Positions 38,447-48,297 of a stretch of DNA of 64,000 nt are shown in pieces (positions within the stretch are counted from its first letter, which is position 1; the number at the start of each line of letters is the position of its first letter). This DNA comes from Candidatus Atabeyarchaeum deiterrae (lineage in GTDB: Archaea; Asgardarchaeota; Atabeyarchaeia; Atabeyarchaeales; Atabeyarchaeaceae). The notes under the pieces were generated by a model, which was not told where the DNA came from, searched no databases, and saw only the letters and a program-made list of their open reading frames with translations. The DNA lies in NCBI GenBank assembly GCA_037310415.1, contig CP147780.1, positions 1,024,001 to 1,088,000 on the forward strand. The letters are read 5' to 3'. Position numbers and translations under genes: made by a program.

Positions 38447-39331
38447 TTAGATAAATAGCGTGAGAACAAATAGAAGAATCGACCCAATGAATAGGGTTGC
38501 GAAGACAAGTTTGCTCCAATGGAGAACCTTCTCCCCATCCAATGGCGGGACAGGAAGCAGGTTGAACAAAGCCAGCCATCCACTTAGGTTAGCGCCGATG
38601 AAAAAGATTAGCGAGAAATCAGAGAGGATGAAGGCAAATGCTACCATTGTGACACCTATCGCAATGTTAGTGGCTGGTCCTGCCGCCGCTGTCTTCCCAA
38701 ACTCTTTGGGAGTTGCGTTTCCACCTATCATGACCGCACCAGGCATGTATATCTTCCAAGGGAGAAGTAAGAATACAACCGTCAAGAAGGCGTAATAAGG
38801 TATTATCCTGAATTCCGCTATCAAGCCGTGTCTCTGGGCGACGAACTTATGTGCGAGTTCGTGAGGGAGAAAACTCAGAAAGAGAATCACAGTAAGAAAG
38901 AGGAAGAGAGTCCAGTCAAAGTAGGTGAGAAAGGGTAACAGGTAGAGCGGAACCATAATTGAAAGACTCAGCAATGCCAGTAAACCCAAAGCAACTAGTA
39001 AGTGCATGACCTCGGTTCTTGAAGAGTGCCCTCTACCTTTCTTCACTGTGTAAGGTTCTCCATAATCGACTCGGTAGTAGTAGGAAGGTCCAGATTGAGA
39101 TTCTTCCTCACTCTCGTCATCGTACTTACTTGACTTCACGGAGACTTGACCAAGCACCGAAGTAGGGGAATCTTTCTGCAGTACTCCAAGGGGCTGCGCT
39201 TTCTGGGTTTCGGGAGTGCCAGTGCAATCATGTGACTCTGGTAATCTGTGCTTCGCACAATAGTATTTCTGGCAATGCCTGCATGAGTATGGTAGAGACA
39301 CAGATTCTCCGCATTTAGCGCATTTCGTCAA
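38447..39331 (-). CDS. AN1-type zinc finger fused to site-2 (M50) intramembrane metalloprotease
   Basis: CAKC...PYSCRHCQKYYCAKHRLPESHDC (AN1); HELAH, AAAGP, FNLLPVPPLDG (S2P). TTG 39331 is the likely start (the track opens at 39364). Confidence 0.88.
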   Translation of the reverse strand: MTKCAKCGESVSLPYSCRHCQKYYCAKHRLPESHDCTGTPETQKAQPLGVLQKDSPTSVLGQVSVKSSKYDDESEEESQSGPSYYYRVDYGEPYTVKKGRGHSSRTEVMHLLVALGLLALLSLSIMVPLYLLPFLTYFDWTLFLFLTVILFLSFLPHELAHKFVAQRHGLIAEFRIIPYYAFLTVVFLLLPWKIYMPGAVMIGGNATPKEFGKTAAAGPATNIAIGVTMVAFAFILSDFSLIFFIGANLSGWLALFNLLPVPPLDGEKVLHWSKLVFATLFIGSILLFVLTLFI

Positions 39332-39530
39332 TTCCCTTTCAACTCTAAGGATGCAGATGGTCAATTAATGGTGATATTGAGTTAATAAGAAATTCGAATG
39401 CGGAAATATCGTAGGATCGCAAGTGTGACAAGAAATGAAAAAAGAAGAGGATGGCGCTACCATTTTCCAGTATGCCGGAGGTCCAGCGTCAAGTCACTAT
39501 TCCATTAAGTGCAGTAGGGATTTCTGGGAT

Positions 39531-39971
39531 TCATAGTGTGGATGCTACCTCTTCGACAGCATTGCTCTGCGGATTGCATCTATTTTGATTCTGACGAAGC
39601 ACTAATGCCATTAGACGACCTAGTGGAGTCAACCGTGCTGGCGTTCCCTTCGAGTTCTCCGTTCCCCCGCAAAGTAGGTTGATCTCTCTTAGACGTCTGA
39701 TGTTCCACTTAACTGTGGAATAACTTATTCTTGACTCGCGTGACAGTATGCTGCAGAGTCTTGTTAGAGTCATCGATTTCCATTGCAGCTCCTGTGAAGC
39801 TGAAACAAGGAGGATCTTCTGTCTCTCTGTCAGAGTCGATTGGGACAAGTCGACCAAGTGCTTGCCGATCTCATTGTTCCATTTGCTGGAAAACGGTGTC
39901 TCTTGGCGATTCTGGACAGGCTGCAACGCAGTCGTGTGATACTTAAAGTGAGAAAAGGCAACAGCTGTCAC
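39531..39971 (-). CDS. Winged-helix DNA-binding protein
   Basis: LTERQKILL...LTRLCSILSRESRISYSTVKWNIRRLREINLL...RLTPLG. Confidence 0.75.
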   Translation of the reverse strand: MTAVAFSHFKYHTTALQPVQNRQETPFSSKWNNEIGKHLVDLSQSTLTERQKILLVSASQELQWKSMTLTRLCSILSRESRISYSTVKWNIRRLREINLLCGGTENSKGTPARLTPLGRLMALVLRQNQNRCNPQSNAVEEVASTL

Positions 39972-40149
39972 GATTCATGCAGGAGCTGCTGCTGGAGGGT
40001 ACAATAACCTCTCTCGATTTCTTGGCCACCTCTTCTAACCATCTTTGCAGCTTTGAAAACACGTTCACCTTTCATGATAGCCTCTTCACCATCCGTATAG
40101 TAGTCTAGCATGGTCAGCAAAACCCAGTTGGCGGCTATATTTAAACGCT

Positions 40150-40169
40150 TGGTTAACCTAATTTAACCA
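40150..40169. promoter_or_regulatory. Putative operator palindrome next to a TATA box
   Basis: TGGTTAA-N6-TTAACCA lies just downstream of TATATTTAAA, between two divergent HTH-containing genes. Confidence 0.4.
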
Positions 40170-40194
40170 CAACTTGACAGCACATTGACCGTGA

Positions 40195-40941
40195 ATGCTT
40201 GGACTCAATCTTGGTGTTGGTTCCTTGGAGAACACGGATCTTCTTCTCATAATGGCTCTATTAAGAGCAGAGGGTAAAGCAGCTAGAATAGACGACCTCT
40301 CAAAGGAATCAGGTCTGCCAGAGAAGGATCTTCTAAGTAGGATTCAGAGATTGGAAGATAACGACTTAATCAGGAAGCCGTTCAGTAAAGATATGATAGT
40401 CACCCCAGTGGGAGAAGACAGGCTCAAACTGGCAATTACAGCTGTAACTCTCGGCGCAACAATGGAACAGTCTGCAAGCATGCTATCTTGGAAAGAATTC
40501 GAGTCTTTCTGCATGAGGATTCTTGAAGAGAACGGGTACTCTTGTCTCCAAGGATTTCGATTCAGGTCTACACGCGGAAAGAGATTCGAGTGCGATGTTG
40601 TCGCAACAAGAAAGCCACTATTTGTATTGGGAGATTGTAAGCACTATGGCGGAAAGGTGAAAGGACTGAGAACCGTTGTAAAGAGGCAACTTGAGAGAGT
40701 CGACGCATTTTGTAAGACTATCCCGACAATCGTGAGAAGAATCCCAGAGATTGTCAATTGGAGGGAAGCAATAACAGTCCCGGTGATCATAACACTATTC
40801 CCAGAGAGTTCGACAATAATAAATAGAGTTCCCATAGTACCAGCTTTCAAGCTAAACAATTTCATCCAAGAACTTCCATCAAACATCGAGAGCATAGCTC
40901 ACACAACAGTAGAACCAGCAAAGCAGAAACGATTGCTTTAG
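40195..40941 (+). CDS. HTH plus restriction-endonuclease-like (Mrr/NERD-type) protein
   Basis: N-terminal wHTH; LSWKEFESF, ECDVVA, GDCKHY, QLER; C-terminal QKRLL. Confidence 0.75.
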   Translation: MLGLNLGVGSLENTDLLLIMALLRAEGKAARIDDLSKESGLPEKDLLSRIQRLEDNDLIRKPFSKDMIVTPVGEDRLKLAITAVTLGATMEQSASMLSWKEFESFCMRILEENGYSCLQGFRFRSTRGKRFECDVVATRKPLFVLGDCKHYGGKVKGLRTVVKRQLERVDAFCKTIPTIVRRIPEIVNWREAITVPVIITLFPESSTIINRVPIVPAFKLNNFIQELPSNIESIAHTTVEPAKQKRLL

Positions 40942-41074
40942 GAAGCAATATACAAATCACAAGTGTCGTACACTTGGCACCCAAAGAGCTTAAATCGAGC
41001 CGAGAATCATTTTAAGCGGTGTCAAAGCTCTATCTGACTCAATATTCAATGGGGCTTCGCGAGAGGTAGTCTTA

Positions 41075-41626
41075 ATGGAACTTAAGAAGGTTAATATTCT
41101 GCTCACAGGTCCACCTGGCTCAGGAAAAACTCGGTTAATTCAGAAGATTGTCCAAGATCTTAAGGGATCTGGTGTGAATGTGGGAGGACTTGTAACTCCA
41201 GATGTCAGAATCGGCGGAGAGAGAACTGGTTTCCACATAGTCGATCTTCTGACTGGGGAGAAAGGGTTGATGGCTGATGCGAGTTACAACTCGGACATAA
41301 AAGTTGGAAGATATGGCGTCAATTTGGCTGTCATTAGAGAGATCGGGGTGAGCGCCCTTTACAGAGCCATAAGCAAAAGCGACATAATAATCATAGATGA
41401 GATTGGCAAGATGGAGCTTTACTCCAAAGAGTTCCAGGAAGCAGTTGAGAGAGCAATATCCTCAGCAAAACCCCTGCTTGGCACAGTCGGTGAAAGGTTG
41501 ATGCATCCATTTGTGGCGAGAATAAAGACCATGGCAGGTGTTCAGCTGATGACACTAAGCCGTTCGAACTGGGACGAGACATATGAGAAAATCAAAGAAA
41601 TCATCTTGCAGAGCAAGAAGATGTAG
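41075..41626 (+). CDS. THEP1 / NTPase_1 family nucleoside-triphosphatase
   Basis: LTGPPGSGKT, RTGF, VGRYGV, IIDEIGKMEL. Confidence 0.93.
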   Translation: MELKKVNILLTGPPGSGKTRLIQKIVQDLKGSGVNVGGLVTPDVRIGGERTGFHIVDLLTGEKGLMADASYNSDIKVGRYGVNLAVIREIGVSALYRAISKSDIIIIDEIGKMELYSKEFQEAVERAISSAKPLLGTVGERLMHPFVARIKTMAGVQLMTLSRSNWDETYEKIKEIILQSKKM

Positions 41627-41759
41627 AAATAGGTGACCTTCACCGGCTCTACGACTGCGAGTTTATGTTCTCGGATTCTGCCATCATGTATTGTCAATCC
41701 GGTGAACTCTTAGATCTCTTGTGACGGTTTTGAGTTTCGCATGCTTGGAGGGATTTTTC

Positions 41760-42680
41760 TTGAGAATCGGAGTTATCTACGGACGCTTAACAGGTATTTG
41801 GCCCGCCAGAATGCTTGTCAGGAGCATCGAGAAGCTCGGGCATACTCCCATCTTTTTATCCTTGCGCCACGTCACTGCCACAGTCGGAAGAAATAATGAT
41901 CAGACGAATACAGAACAAGAAGGCGGCGACGCAATGAGATTCAATTGCAGAGGCAGAAGTCTGGATGATCTGAGCGCCGCCTTGGTCAGAACCTTGTCCT
42001 ACGGAACTCTCGACCAAATCACATACAGAATCTCTTTGTTGGAACACATGGAGAAGTCAGGGATCTTCGTGGTTAACTCAGCCTATGCGTTCCGACGGGC
42101 TAGAGACAAATATGCATCGCTGTTCTACCTGGAGAAGAACGCTATCCCTGTTCCAAAGACTGTCGTAACTGAAAGCTTCAGGCAAGCTCTGAAAGCCGTC
42201 AGAACAATAGGAGACGTGGTGATAAAACCTCTCGTCGGTGCTAGAGGGGAGGGCTCGATACGCACTTCAGATTTTGACGTGGCCTACAGAGCCTTGAAGG
42301 CTGCCTACTCAGTGGGGCAAGTTCTCTACATCCAACAGTACATTCCGAAACCTGATCGGGATATCAGGGCCTTCATCGTGGGCGATGAAGTCATCTCGGC
42401 TATGTATCGAATTGCGTCTCCAGGAGCATGGAAAACAAATGTTGCACAACAGGGAAAACCTGTCAAGTGCGAGCTAACGAGCGAACTGGAAGATCTTGCA
42501 GTCAGAGCATCTAGGTCTTTGGGGCTAGAATACAGTGGAGTAGATATAATAGAAGGTGAGAGTGGACCACGAATCACCGAAGTGAATGCCGCGCCAACAT
42601 GGCATGGCTTGCAGAAAGTGACGCCCTTCGACATTGCCGATCGCATTATGGAGCATGTCATCAAGACGGTCAAAAGATAG
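41760..42680 (+). CDS. RimK/MptN-family ATP-grasp glutamate ligase
   Basis: ARDKY, PVPKT, VIKPLVGARGEG, YIQQYI, DIRAFIVG, WKTNVAQ, GVDI, EVNAAP. TTG 41760 follows GGAGG. Confidence 0.9.
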   Translation: MRIGVIYGRLTGIWPARMLVRSIEKLGHTPIFLSLRHVTATVGRNNDQTNTEQEGGDAMRFNCRGRSLDDLSAALVRTLSYGTLDQITYRISLLEHMEKSGIFVVNSAYAFRRARDKYASLFYLEKNAIPVPKTVVTESFRQALKAVRTIGDVVIKPLVGARGEGSIRTSDFDVAYRALKAAYSVGQVLYIQQYIPKPDRDIRAFIVGDEVISAMYRIASPGAWKTNVAQQGKPVKCELTSELEDLAVRASRSLGLEYSGVDIIEGESGPRITEVNAAPTWHGLQKVTPFDIADRIMEHVIKTVKR

Positions 42681-42744
42681 AGATCTACACGTGAATGCTA
42701 GCTTGTCATAATGAAGAATAAGAAAAGACGTCTAATCCTGCCAG

Positions 42745-43521
42745 TTACCTGAGCAATGAGTCAAGGGTCGTCTGGTAATGTTGCAGCATTTTCTTGTCGC
42801 TGTTGCCTGAAGTGAACAGTTGATTTCCTAAATAGCCAATTGCTTTTATCAGGTCAGGTCTGAAAGAAATTGACTCACGAGTGTTGAACACTACGCATTC
42901 AATTTGATTGTCCGCTGAAGGTATCAGTCCATTCAGAAGTATACCGTAGGCTGCAACCTGTGGTATGGCCAAGACCAAGTTTGCATCCCTCAGATCCGGC
43001 TTGAAGTCAAGAACTTGGACTTTGTGATCAGATCTCAGTCGCACCAAATCAATGTGTCCTGTGAGTTTCAAATCCTCGCTATAGACTGGGACCTCGGAAG
43101 CAACCATGTAAGGATCAAAGTTAAGCAAGTATGACAAGACACTACCGTGACTGCTAGATGATGATACCACTTTTCTAACTAGCTTCAGCAATTCGCTGTA
43201 AGATTCGGGCTTTATCAGACTCTCCTTCGCCAAGCTGTATGTTAAGCTGGCCTCAGCACTCTTAGAAGTATTCGATAGTCTCATGGCAGAAGCTCTCTTG
43301 AAGTCGTCCCTTAAGAAGTAGTGGTGAGGTATCTCATCCTTGCAAACTCGTTCCAGGAAATTCCAAAGAGGCGATGCAAGATCGTGTAGAGATGGATCAG
43401 ATATCAAGGATCTGTGATTTGTTCTATTCCACTGAAACAAATAGGTGACGTTCCTGTGTGTTATTCTTTTTCTAACAATCTCCTTCGAAGATTGTTTGAC
43501 CTCCATCTCTAACACCACCAT
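42745..43521 (-). CDS. PD-(D/E)xK nuclease (RecB/Cas4-like) with C-terminal PIP-like motif
   Basis: SEVPVY, GHIDLV, VLDFKP, QVAAYG; C-terminal QTTLDSLL. Confidence 0.8.
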   Translation of the reverse strand: MVVLEMEVKQSSKEIVRKRITHRNVTYLFQWNRTNHRSLISDPSLHDLASPLWNFLERVCKDEIPHHYFLRDDFKRASAMRLSNTSKSAEASLTYSLAKESLIKPESYSELLKLVRKVVSSSSSHGSVLSYLLNFDPYMVASEVPVYSEDLKLTGHIDLVRLRSDHKVQVLDFKPDLRDANLVLAIPQVAAYGILLNGLIPSADNQIECVVFNTRESISFRPDLIKAIGYLGNQLFTSGNSDKKMLQHYQTTLDSLLR

Positions 43522-43722
43522 AGGCTCCTACTTGACTTCTAAGTACATATTACTTGTGGTACTATACTCTCGGTTGCCCAAATTTGATGCAGTGTTGGTT
43601 TTGATCAAGTGCCCTTTCTTCATCACAAGAATAGTTTAATATGATAGAATTCTAAATAACTACTGTAGGGATCTGTCGACTTCGAGGTTTGGTGCGAACC
43701 TGCTTCAGCGAGTTGAGAGGGC

Positions 43723-44343
43723 TTGATTCACTCAATTTACTTCATAAACACTGGTGGTCGCCTTATGTTCAGCAGAAAATACGGTAGCATCGAGCTGAAT
43801 CCAGACCTAATGGCCGGCTTCCTCACTGCGATAAAAGAGTTCTCAGGAGAGATATCGGCAGGTACGGAAAAGGCAAAAGATGCTGTAAGAGAGATTGAGA
43901 TGGAGACCTATAATGTCGTATACGATTTCAGAACCTCTGACGGATTGATGTGTGTAATGTTACATGATAAGAAAGACGATCCTCGAATTGTAAGAGGAGT
44001 AGCCAAAATCATACTCGATGGATTCCTGAAGAAATACAGAGATGAACTCGATGATTGGAAAGGCGAACTGACTATCTTCTCAGAATTTGGAGAGGTGTTA
44101 GACGAGATAGCCAAAAATGGGAAGGTGGCCGAGGTATATCCAACGCTGAAGAAAAAGCTCACTTCTTTGACAGTAAAACTCGGAATGATAAATGAGCCAG
44201 AATACAAGGTCGCCTTGAAATGCGATGGGAAAAGGACTTACCGAGAGATTGCTGATGAACTGAAAATTGATCTGGAGACCATCTATACGGTAATGAGTAG
44301 GCTGAAGGATCTGGGTCTCATCAAAGAGGAGGCCGTCGAATAG
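43723..44343 (+). CDS. Longin domain plus C-terminal winged helix (NPRL2-like architecture)
   Basis: IHSIYFINTGGRLMFSRKY...LMAGFLTAIKEFSGEI...FLKKY; CDGKRTYREIADELKIDLETIYTVMSRLKDLGLI. Confidence 0.78.
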   Translation: MIHSIYFINTGGRLMFSRKYGSIELNPDLMAGFLTAIKEFSGEISAGTEKAKDAVREIEMETYNVVYDFRTSDGLMCVMLHDKKDDPRIVRGVAKIILDGFLKKYRDELDDWKGELTIFSEFGEVLDEIAKNGKVAEVYPTLKKKLTSLTVKLGMINEPEYKVALKCDGKRTYREIADELKIDLETIYTVMSRLKDLGLIKEEAVE

Positions 44344-44392
44344 TCCACTCTCTTCCATGCACCTATCAAGGTAGCCATGAGTCTAGTTACCT

Positions 44393-45100
44393 TTACTTGA
44401 TCAAGATGGCTCCAGACGTCATGATCAGCAGACCAAGTATCACAATGCCTGGAGGAAGGATCAGCATCGCAACACTTTCTCCAGTTGAGAATATCCATTG
44501 GAGTACTTGTCCAAAGTAATAGACTAAGAATCCTCCTGCAAGGAGCAGAGAACTGTTTCTAATTACTCCAGCGCTTTGGACGGCTACATATAGGTATATG
44601 AGTGGTATCACTACTGCAAAGATTGCGTATATGACGTCAAATGTGAGTCTCACTGGAGTCCCAACTGAAATCAGCATTTCGTCAGGCAAGAATGTAAAGA
44701 ATATGCCACAGATTGCTGGTATGACTGGCAATATGAATTTGAGAACCTTGTTCTCAAAAACACGCAGTGTAAGTGCAAGAATTATGAAGGTTAATGCAAT
44801 CCATTGGAATGTCTCACCGAGTCTCCAAAGCCAAAGATAAGTCAAGTCAATTTGGTTAACATAGAAATCCCACGCGATAAAGAATCCTCTACTAATAGCC
44901 AAGAACAAGAAGAACAGCGAGAAGAACAGGTAGAACATCGTGTTCTTTTTCTCTCGTGCACCTCCAGCCATAAACCTTAAGGCCTTAAGCAAAGCGAAAT
45001 AGCCGAAGAGGAGAAACTCATACGCAACCGCAACAAACCAGAATCCTATTGCAACAGAAGCCCCAACTGAAACATAGCCAGGATATGGACTTAGAGACAT
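44393..45100 (-). CDS. 7-TM membrane protein
   Basis: Seven hydrophobic helices; FFLFLAISRGFFIAWDF motif; GGGGTGA RBS. Confidence 0.75.
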   Translation of the reverse strand: MSLSPYPGYVSVGASVAIGFWFVAVAYEFLLFGYFALLKALRFMAGGAREKKNTMFYLFFSLFFLFLAISRGFFIAWDFYVNQIDLTYLWLWRLGETFQWIALTFIILALTLRVFENKVLKFILPVIPAICGIFFTFLPDEMLISVGTPVRLTFDVIYAIFAVVIPLIYLYVAVQSAGVIRNSSLLLAGGFLVYYFGQVLQWIFSTGESVAMLILPPGIVILGLLIMTSGAILIK

Positions 45101-45442
45101 CTCCGTTATCTCACCCCTTTGCGCCCGATTTGAAAGAATCGCCTTCTTTTCTGGATCAAGATAGGAGTGTAAGAGTCAAACCATACTTTCAAGAGGGTCG
45201 ATTAAGGCAAGTCAGTTTAGGGTTATGACGCCCGTTTGGTCGCTCAGGATTTGCAGGTTAGATTTCTGCGCGATTACAGCTCGACTTGATAATGACTCTG
45301 ACATGAACATGCATAAATATGTATCCGTCTCTGTTTCCATCAGATGAGCACTCAATATCATAGGACTGCAAAAGATCCTCGTCAATTCGACACGCTCACT
45401 ACTCGTAATCCAATACCAAGCATGATATGAGGTGGAACTGAG

Positions 45443-46837
45443 ATGGAGGACATTATTCTTAGACTAGTTGAGAGAAGCACCCAAGAACTCGGCGCCGAAT
45501 TTGTTGAAGCTAGGTTTCAGAATACTCGGGGCTTGGGAATTTCTGTTATTGATGGCGTGCCAAGAGAAGTAGCTCGCTCTGTCAATATCGGACTGGGCGT
45601 CAGAGCCTTCAAAGGTGGGGCATGGGGGTTTAGTGCAACAACAAACGTTAGGGATTCCCTGATCGCAGATACGGTTAGATCAGCCGTCAGAATAGCCAAA
45701 AAAGCCAGTGAAACGGCCAAGCAGAAATTCAAACTTGCGAATCTAGCTCCTACGACAGGAGCAAGCACTGTCCCCGTAAGAGTCAACCCCTTGGACATAC
45801 CGATGTCGGAAAAAATTGAGTTGACTCTTGACCTGAACAAACAGGCAACATCATTCAGTCCCAAGGTGGTCAATACGAACACCTTCTTTGGTGAGACCAA
45901 GGGTTACGTTTTCATCGCTAATTCGTCTGGCACAAACGTAAGAAAAGAAATAGCTCGGGTGCGAGCTGGAGCCAATGTATACGCTGCAGAGAATGGAGTT
46001 AGGGAAAGAGGATTCGAAGTGGTGGGTGGAACTGGTGGATACGAAGTTGTTCAAAGTGAAAGCGCCCACAGATTAGGTGAAATCGCGGCCGAAAAAGCAG
46101 TGAAGCTCCTAGATGCCAAAGCAGCACCTTCGGGGAAGTTCACTGTAGTACTGGATCCAAGACTTGTAGGCGTTTTCGCTCACGAAGCATTTGGGCATGC
46201 GTGTGAAGCCGACAAAGTTCTATCAGGAGCTTCACTTGTTGAAGGCAAGATCGGGAGCAAAGTCGGAAATGAATCTGTAACGATCATGGATGACCCCACT
46301 ATTTCGGGACTCTACGGATCATTTACTTACGATGACGAGGGGATTGCGGCTAGCTCACACGTTCTGATTGATCGAGGAGTGCTCAAGGGATATCTTCACT
46401 CGATCGAAACCGCCATCAGAATGAACGTCGAACCAAACGGATCAGCACGTGCTGAAGACTTCATGTCTACTCCAATTGTCAGGATGTCAAACACATATGT
46501 AACTGCAGGAAGTTGTGAAGTTGACGAGGTCTTTGAGAATGTTAAGAACGGGATCTATGCGGTGGGCAGCGAATATGGCTATGTGATTCCAGCTAGTGGG
46601 CAATTCGTGTTCAAAAGTGAGTATGGATACATTGTAAGAAATGGAGAGCCCAAGGAGCTGATCCGCGATGTTGCGCTTAGCGGTTTGATATTGGAGGCAC
46701 TGAACAACGTTGAAGTCGTGGGACGTGATGTTGGATTTGAGCCAGGGGTCTGTGGAAAATCGGGTCAATCGGTTCCAATTTCCACTGGGGGTCCACATGT
46801 CCGTATGAGCAATGTCGTAATTGGAGGAATGAGGTGA
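45443..46837 (+). CDS. tldD: TldD family metalloprotease
   Basis: GLGVRA...WGFS, HEAFGHACEAD, YDDEG, RMSNT, CGKSGQ...GGPH. Confidence 0.93.
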   Translation: MEDIILRLVERSTQELGAEFVEARFQNTRGLGISVIDGVPREVARSVNIGLGVRAFKGGAWGFSATTNVRDSLIADTVRSAVRIAKKASETAKQKFKLANLAPTTGASTVPVRVNPLDIPMSEKIELTLDLNKQATSFSPKVVNTNTFFGETKGYVFIANSSGTNVRKEIARVRAGANVYAAENGVRERGFEVVGGTGGYEVVQSESAHRLGEIAAEKAVKLLDAKAAPSGKFTVVLDPRLVGVFAHEAFGHACEADKVLSGASLVEGKIGSKVGNESVTIMDDPTISGLYGSFTYDDEGIAASSHVLIDRGVLKGYLHSIETAIRMNVEPNGSARAEDFMSTPIVRMSNTYVTAGSCEVDEVFENVKNGIYAVGSEYGYVIPASGQFVFKSEYGYIVRNGEPKELIRDVALSGLILEALNNVEVVGRDVGFEPGVCGKSGQSVPISTGGPHVRMSNVVIGGMR

Positions 46838-46844
46838 TCCAGAG

Positions 46845-48215
46845 CTGAGGAACAAGGGAAGCGCAACCTCTGATCTTCTTGAGCTAGGAGAGAGACTGGT
46901 CAAGAAATCTGATAAAGGCAAGTATGACCAGCTTGAGCTATTTATCTCTCAACATGTTTTGACCTCGGCCGAGGTTGAAAAAGGATCTGTCAAGAAAGGC
47001 GAGAATCTGCTTGATGTGGGAGCTTCAGCGAGGGTCGTCGTAGGAAGATCAGTCGGATTCGCGTATGCTACTTCTTTCGATGAGAAAGACATCCTTGAAG
47101 TTATAGAAGAAGCAACCGTCCTAGCAAAGGCAATCCCCCCAGATCCAGATTTCCAGTCAATGCCGGGAGTTGAACCATATCCAAGCATCTCGAAGAGACC
47201 AGACAAACGAATAGATTCAATAACTGTTGAAGAAGCAATAGATATGGCTCAACAGATAGGAGACTCAGCAAGAATCGATCCGAGAATCTATTCCATAAAC
47301 ACGTCCGTTGATCTTGCGTCGGTGAATGCGGCCATAGTCAATACACTGGGTATCTCGGTGAGCGAAAAGGATACGTATGTCGGCGTTTCCGCGAACATTG
47401 TAACGAAAAGTGAAAGCGAAATGGCATCAGGTTTTGAGTTCCGAGGAGCTAGAAAGATCAGTGAAATAGATCTAGGGTGGGTTGGGCGGGAGGCTGCAAC
47501 TCAGTCGGTCAAATCACTCGGAGCCAAGAAGATTAGTTCAGGCAGGATGCCAGTAGTCTTTGGCCAGAAGGTCACTGCGGCCATAATATCAGCTGGTGTA
47601 TCGGCTGCTTCCAGCGCCGAGAACATACAGAGAAAGAGGAGCTATCTCACTGGGAAGCTTGGTGAGTCGATAGCGAACAGCGAAGTCACCGTGACTGATG
47701 ATGGAACGCTACCGAACGGGCTTCTTACTTCAAAGTCAGATGCAGAAGGATCGCCAAGGACTAAGACAACAATTGTTGAGAAGGGTGTGCTTAAGTCGTA
47801 CCTTCAAGACTCCTATACCGCTAAGAAAGACAGGATCAAGAATACTGGGAACGCCGTTAGAAGCGGTGGATGGGATTACAGAACCGCTCCAGGGATTGGG
47901 CACACAAACCTCATACTCAAACCTGGGCGGGGAAAAATCGACGACTTGATTTCCGAGGTAAGAGAAGGCATACTAGTTCTCTACACAGGAGACAGACCCA
48001 ATATTGCGACAGGTGAATTCAGTGCTCAGGCAACGGTTGGATTCAAAATCGAGAATGGAGACATAGCCTTTCCAACCAAGCAGGCAATGATTGGGGTCAA
48101 GTTGATCGACTTACTTGATGATCTTGATGCAATTGGAAACGATTCTCAACAGATCTCAGGGGTTATAGCTCCTAGCATAAGAGCAAAGGAAGCAGCAATC
48201 TCTGGCGGAACATAA
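46845..48215 (+). CDS. TldE/PmbA family protein
   Basis: GASARVVVG...GFAY, DAEG, TGNA, TGEFS, APS; no HExxH. The homologous-looking N-terminus extends 38 codons upstream of TTG 46959 to CTG 46845, after GAGGTGAT. Confidence 0.88.
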   Translation: MRNKGSATSDLLELGERLVKKSDKGKYDQLELFISQHVLTSAEVEKGSVKKGENLLDVGASARVVVGRSVGFAYATSFDEKDILEVIEEATVLAKAIPPDPDFQSMPGVEPYPSISKRPDKRIDSITVEEAIDMAQQIGDSARIDPRIYSINTSVDLASVNAAIVNTLGISVSEKDTYVGVSANIVTKSESEMASGFEFRGARKISEIDLGWVGREAATQSVKSLGAKKISSGRMPVVFGQKVTAAIISAGVSAASSAENIQRKRSYLTGKLGESIANSEVTVTDDGTLPNGLLTSKSDAEGSPRTKTTIVEKGVLKSYLQDSYTAKKDRIKNTGNAVRSGGWDYRTAPGIGHTNLILKPGRGKIDDLISEVREGILVLYTGDRPNIATGEFSAQATVGFKIENGDIAFPTKQAMIGVKLIDLLDDLDAIGNDSQQISGVIAPSIRAKEAAISGGT

Positions 48216-48297
48216 GCTAAATTAACTAGCACGTTTTAATGTGTGCGATTCTGAATCGGATCGTCACATTCAACTACATTCAGAGAGTGAATGGTAA

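Noticed and set aside
42745-43521. Cas4 or CRISPR association
   Set aside because: It lacks the Fe-S cysteine cluster, and no cas genes or repeat-spacer array were seen in the window.
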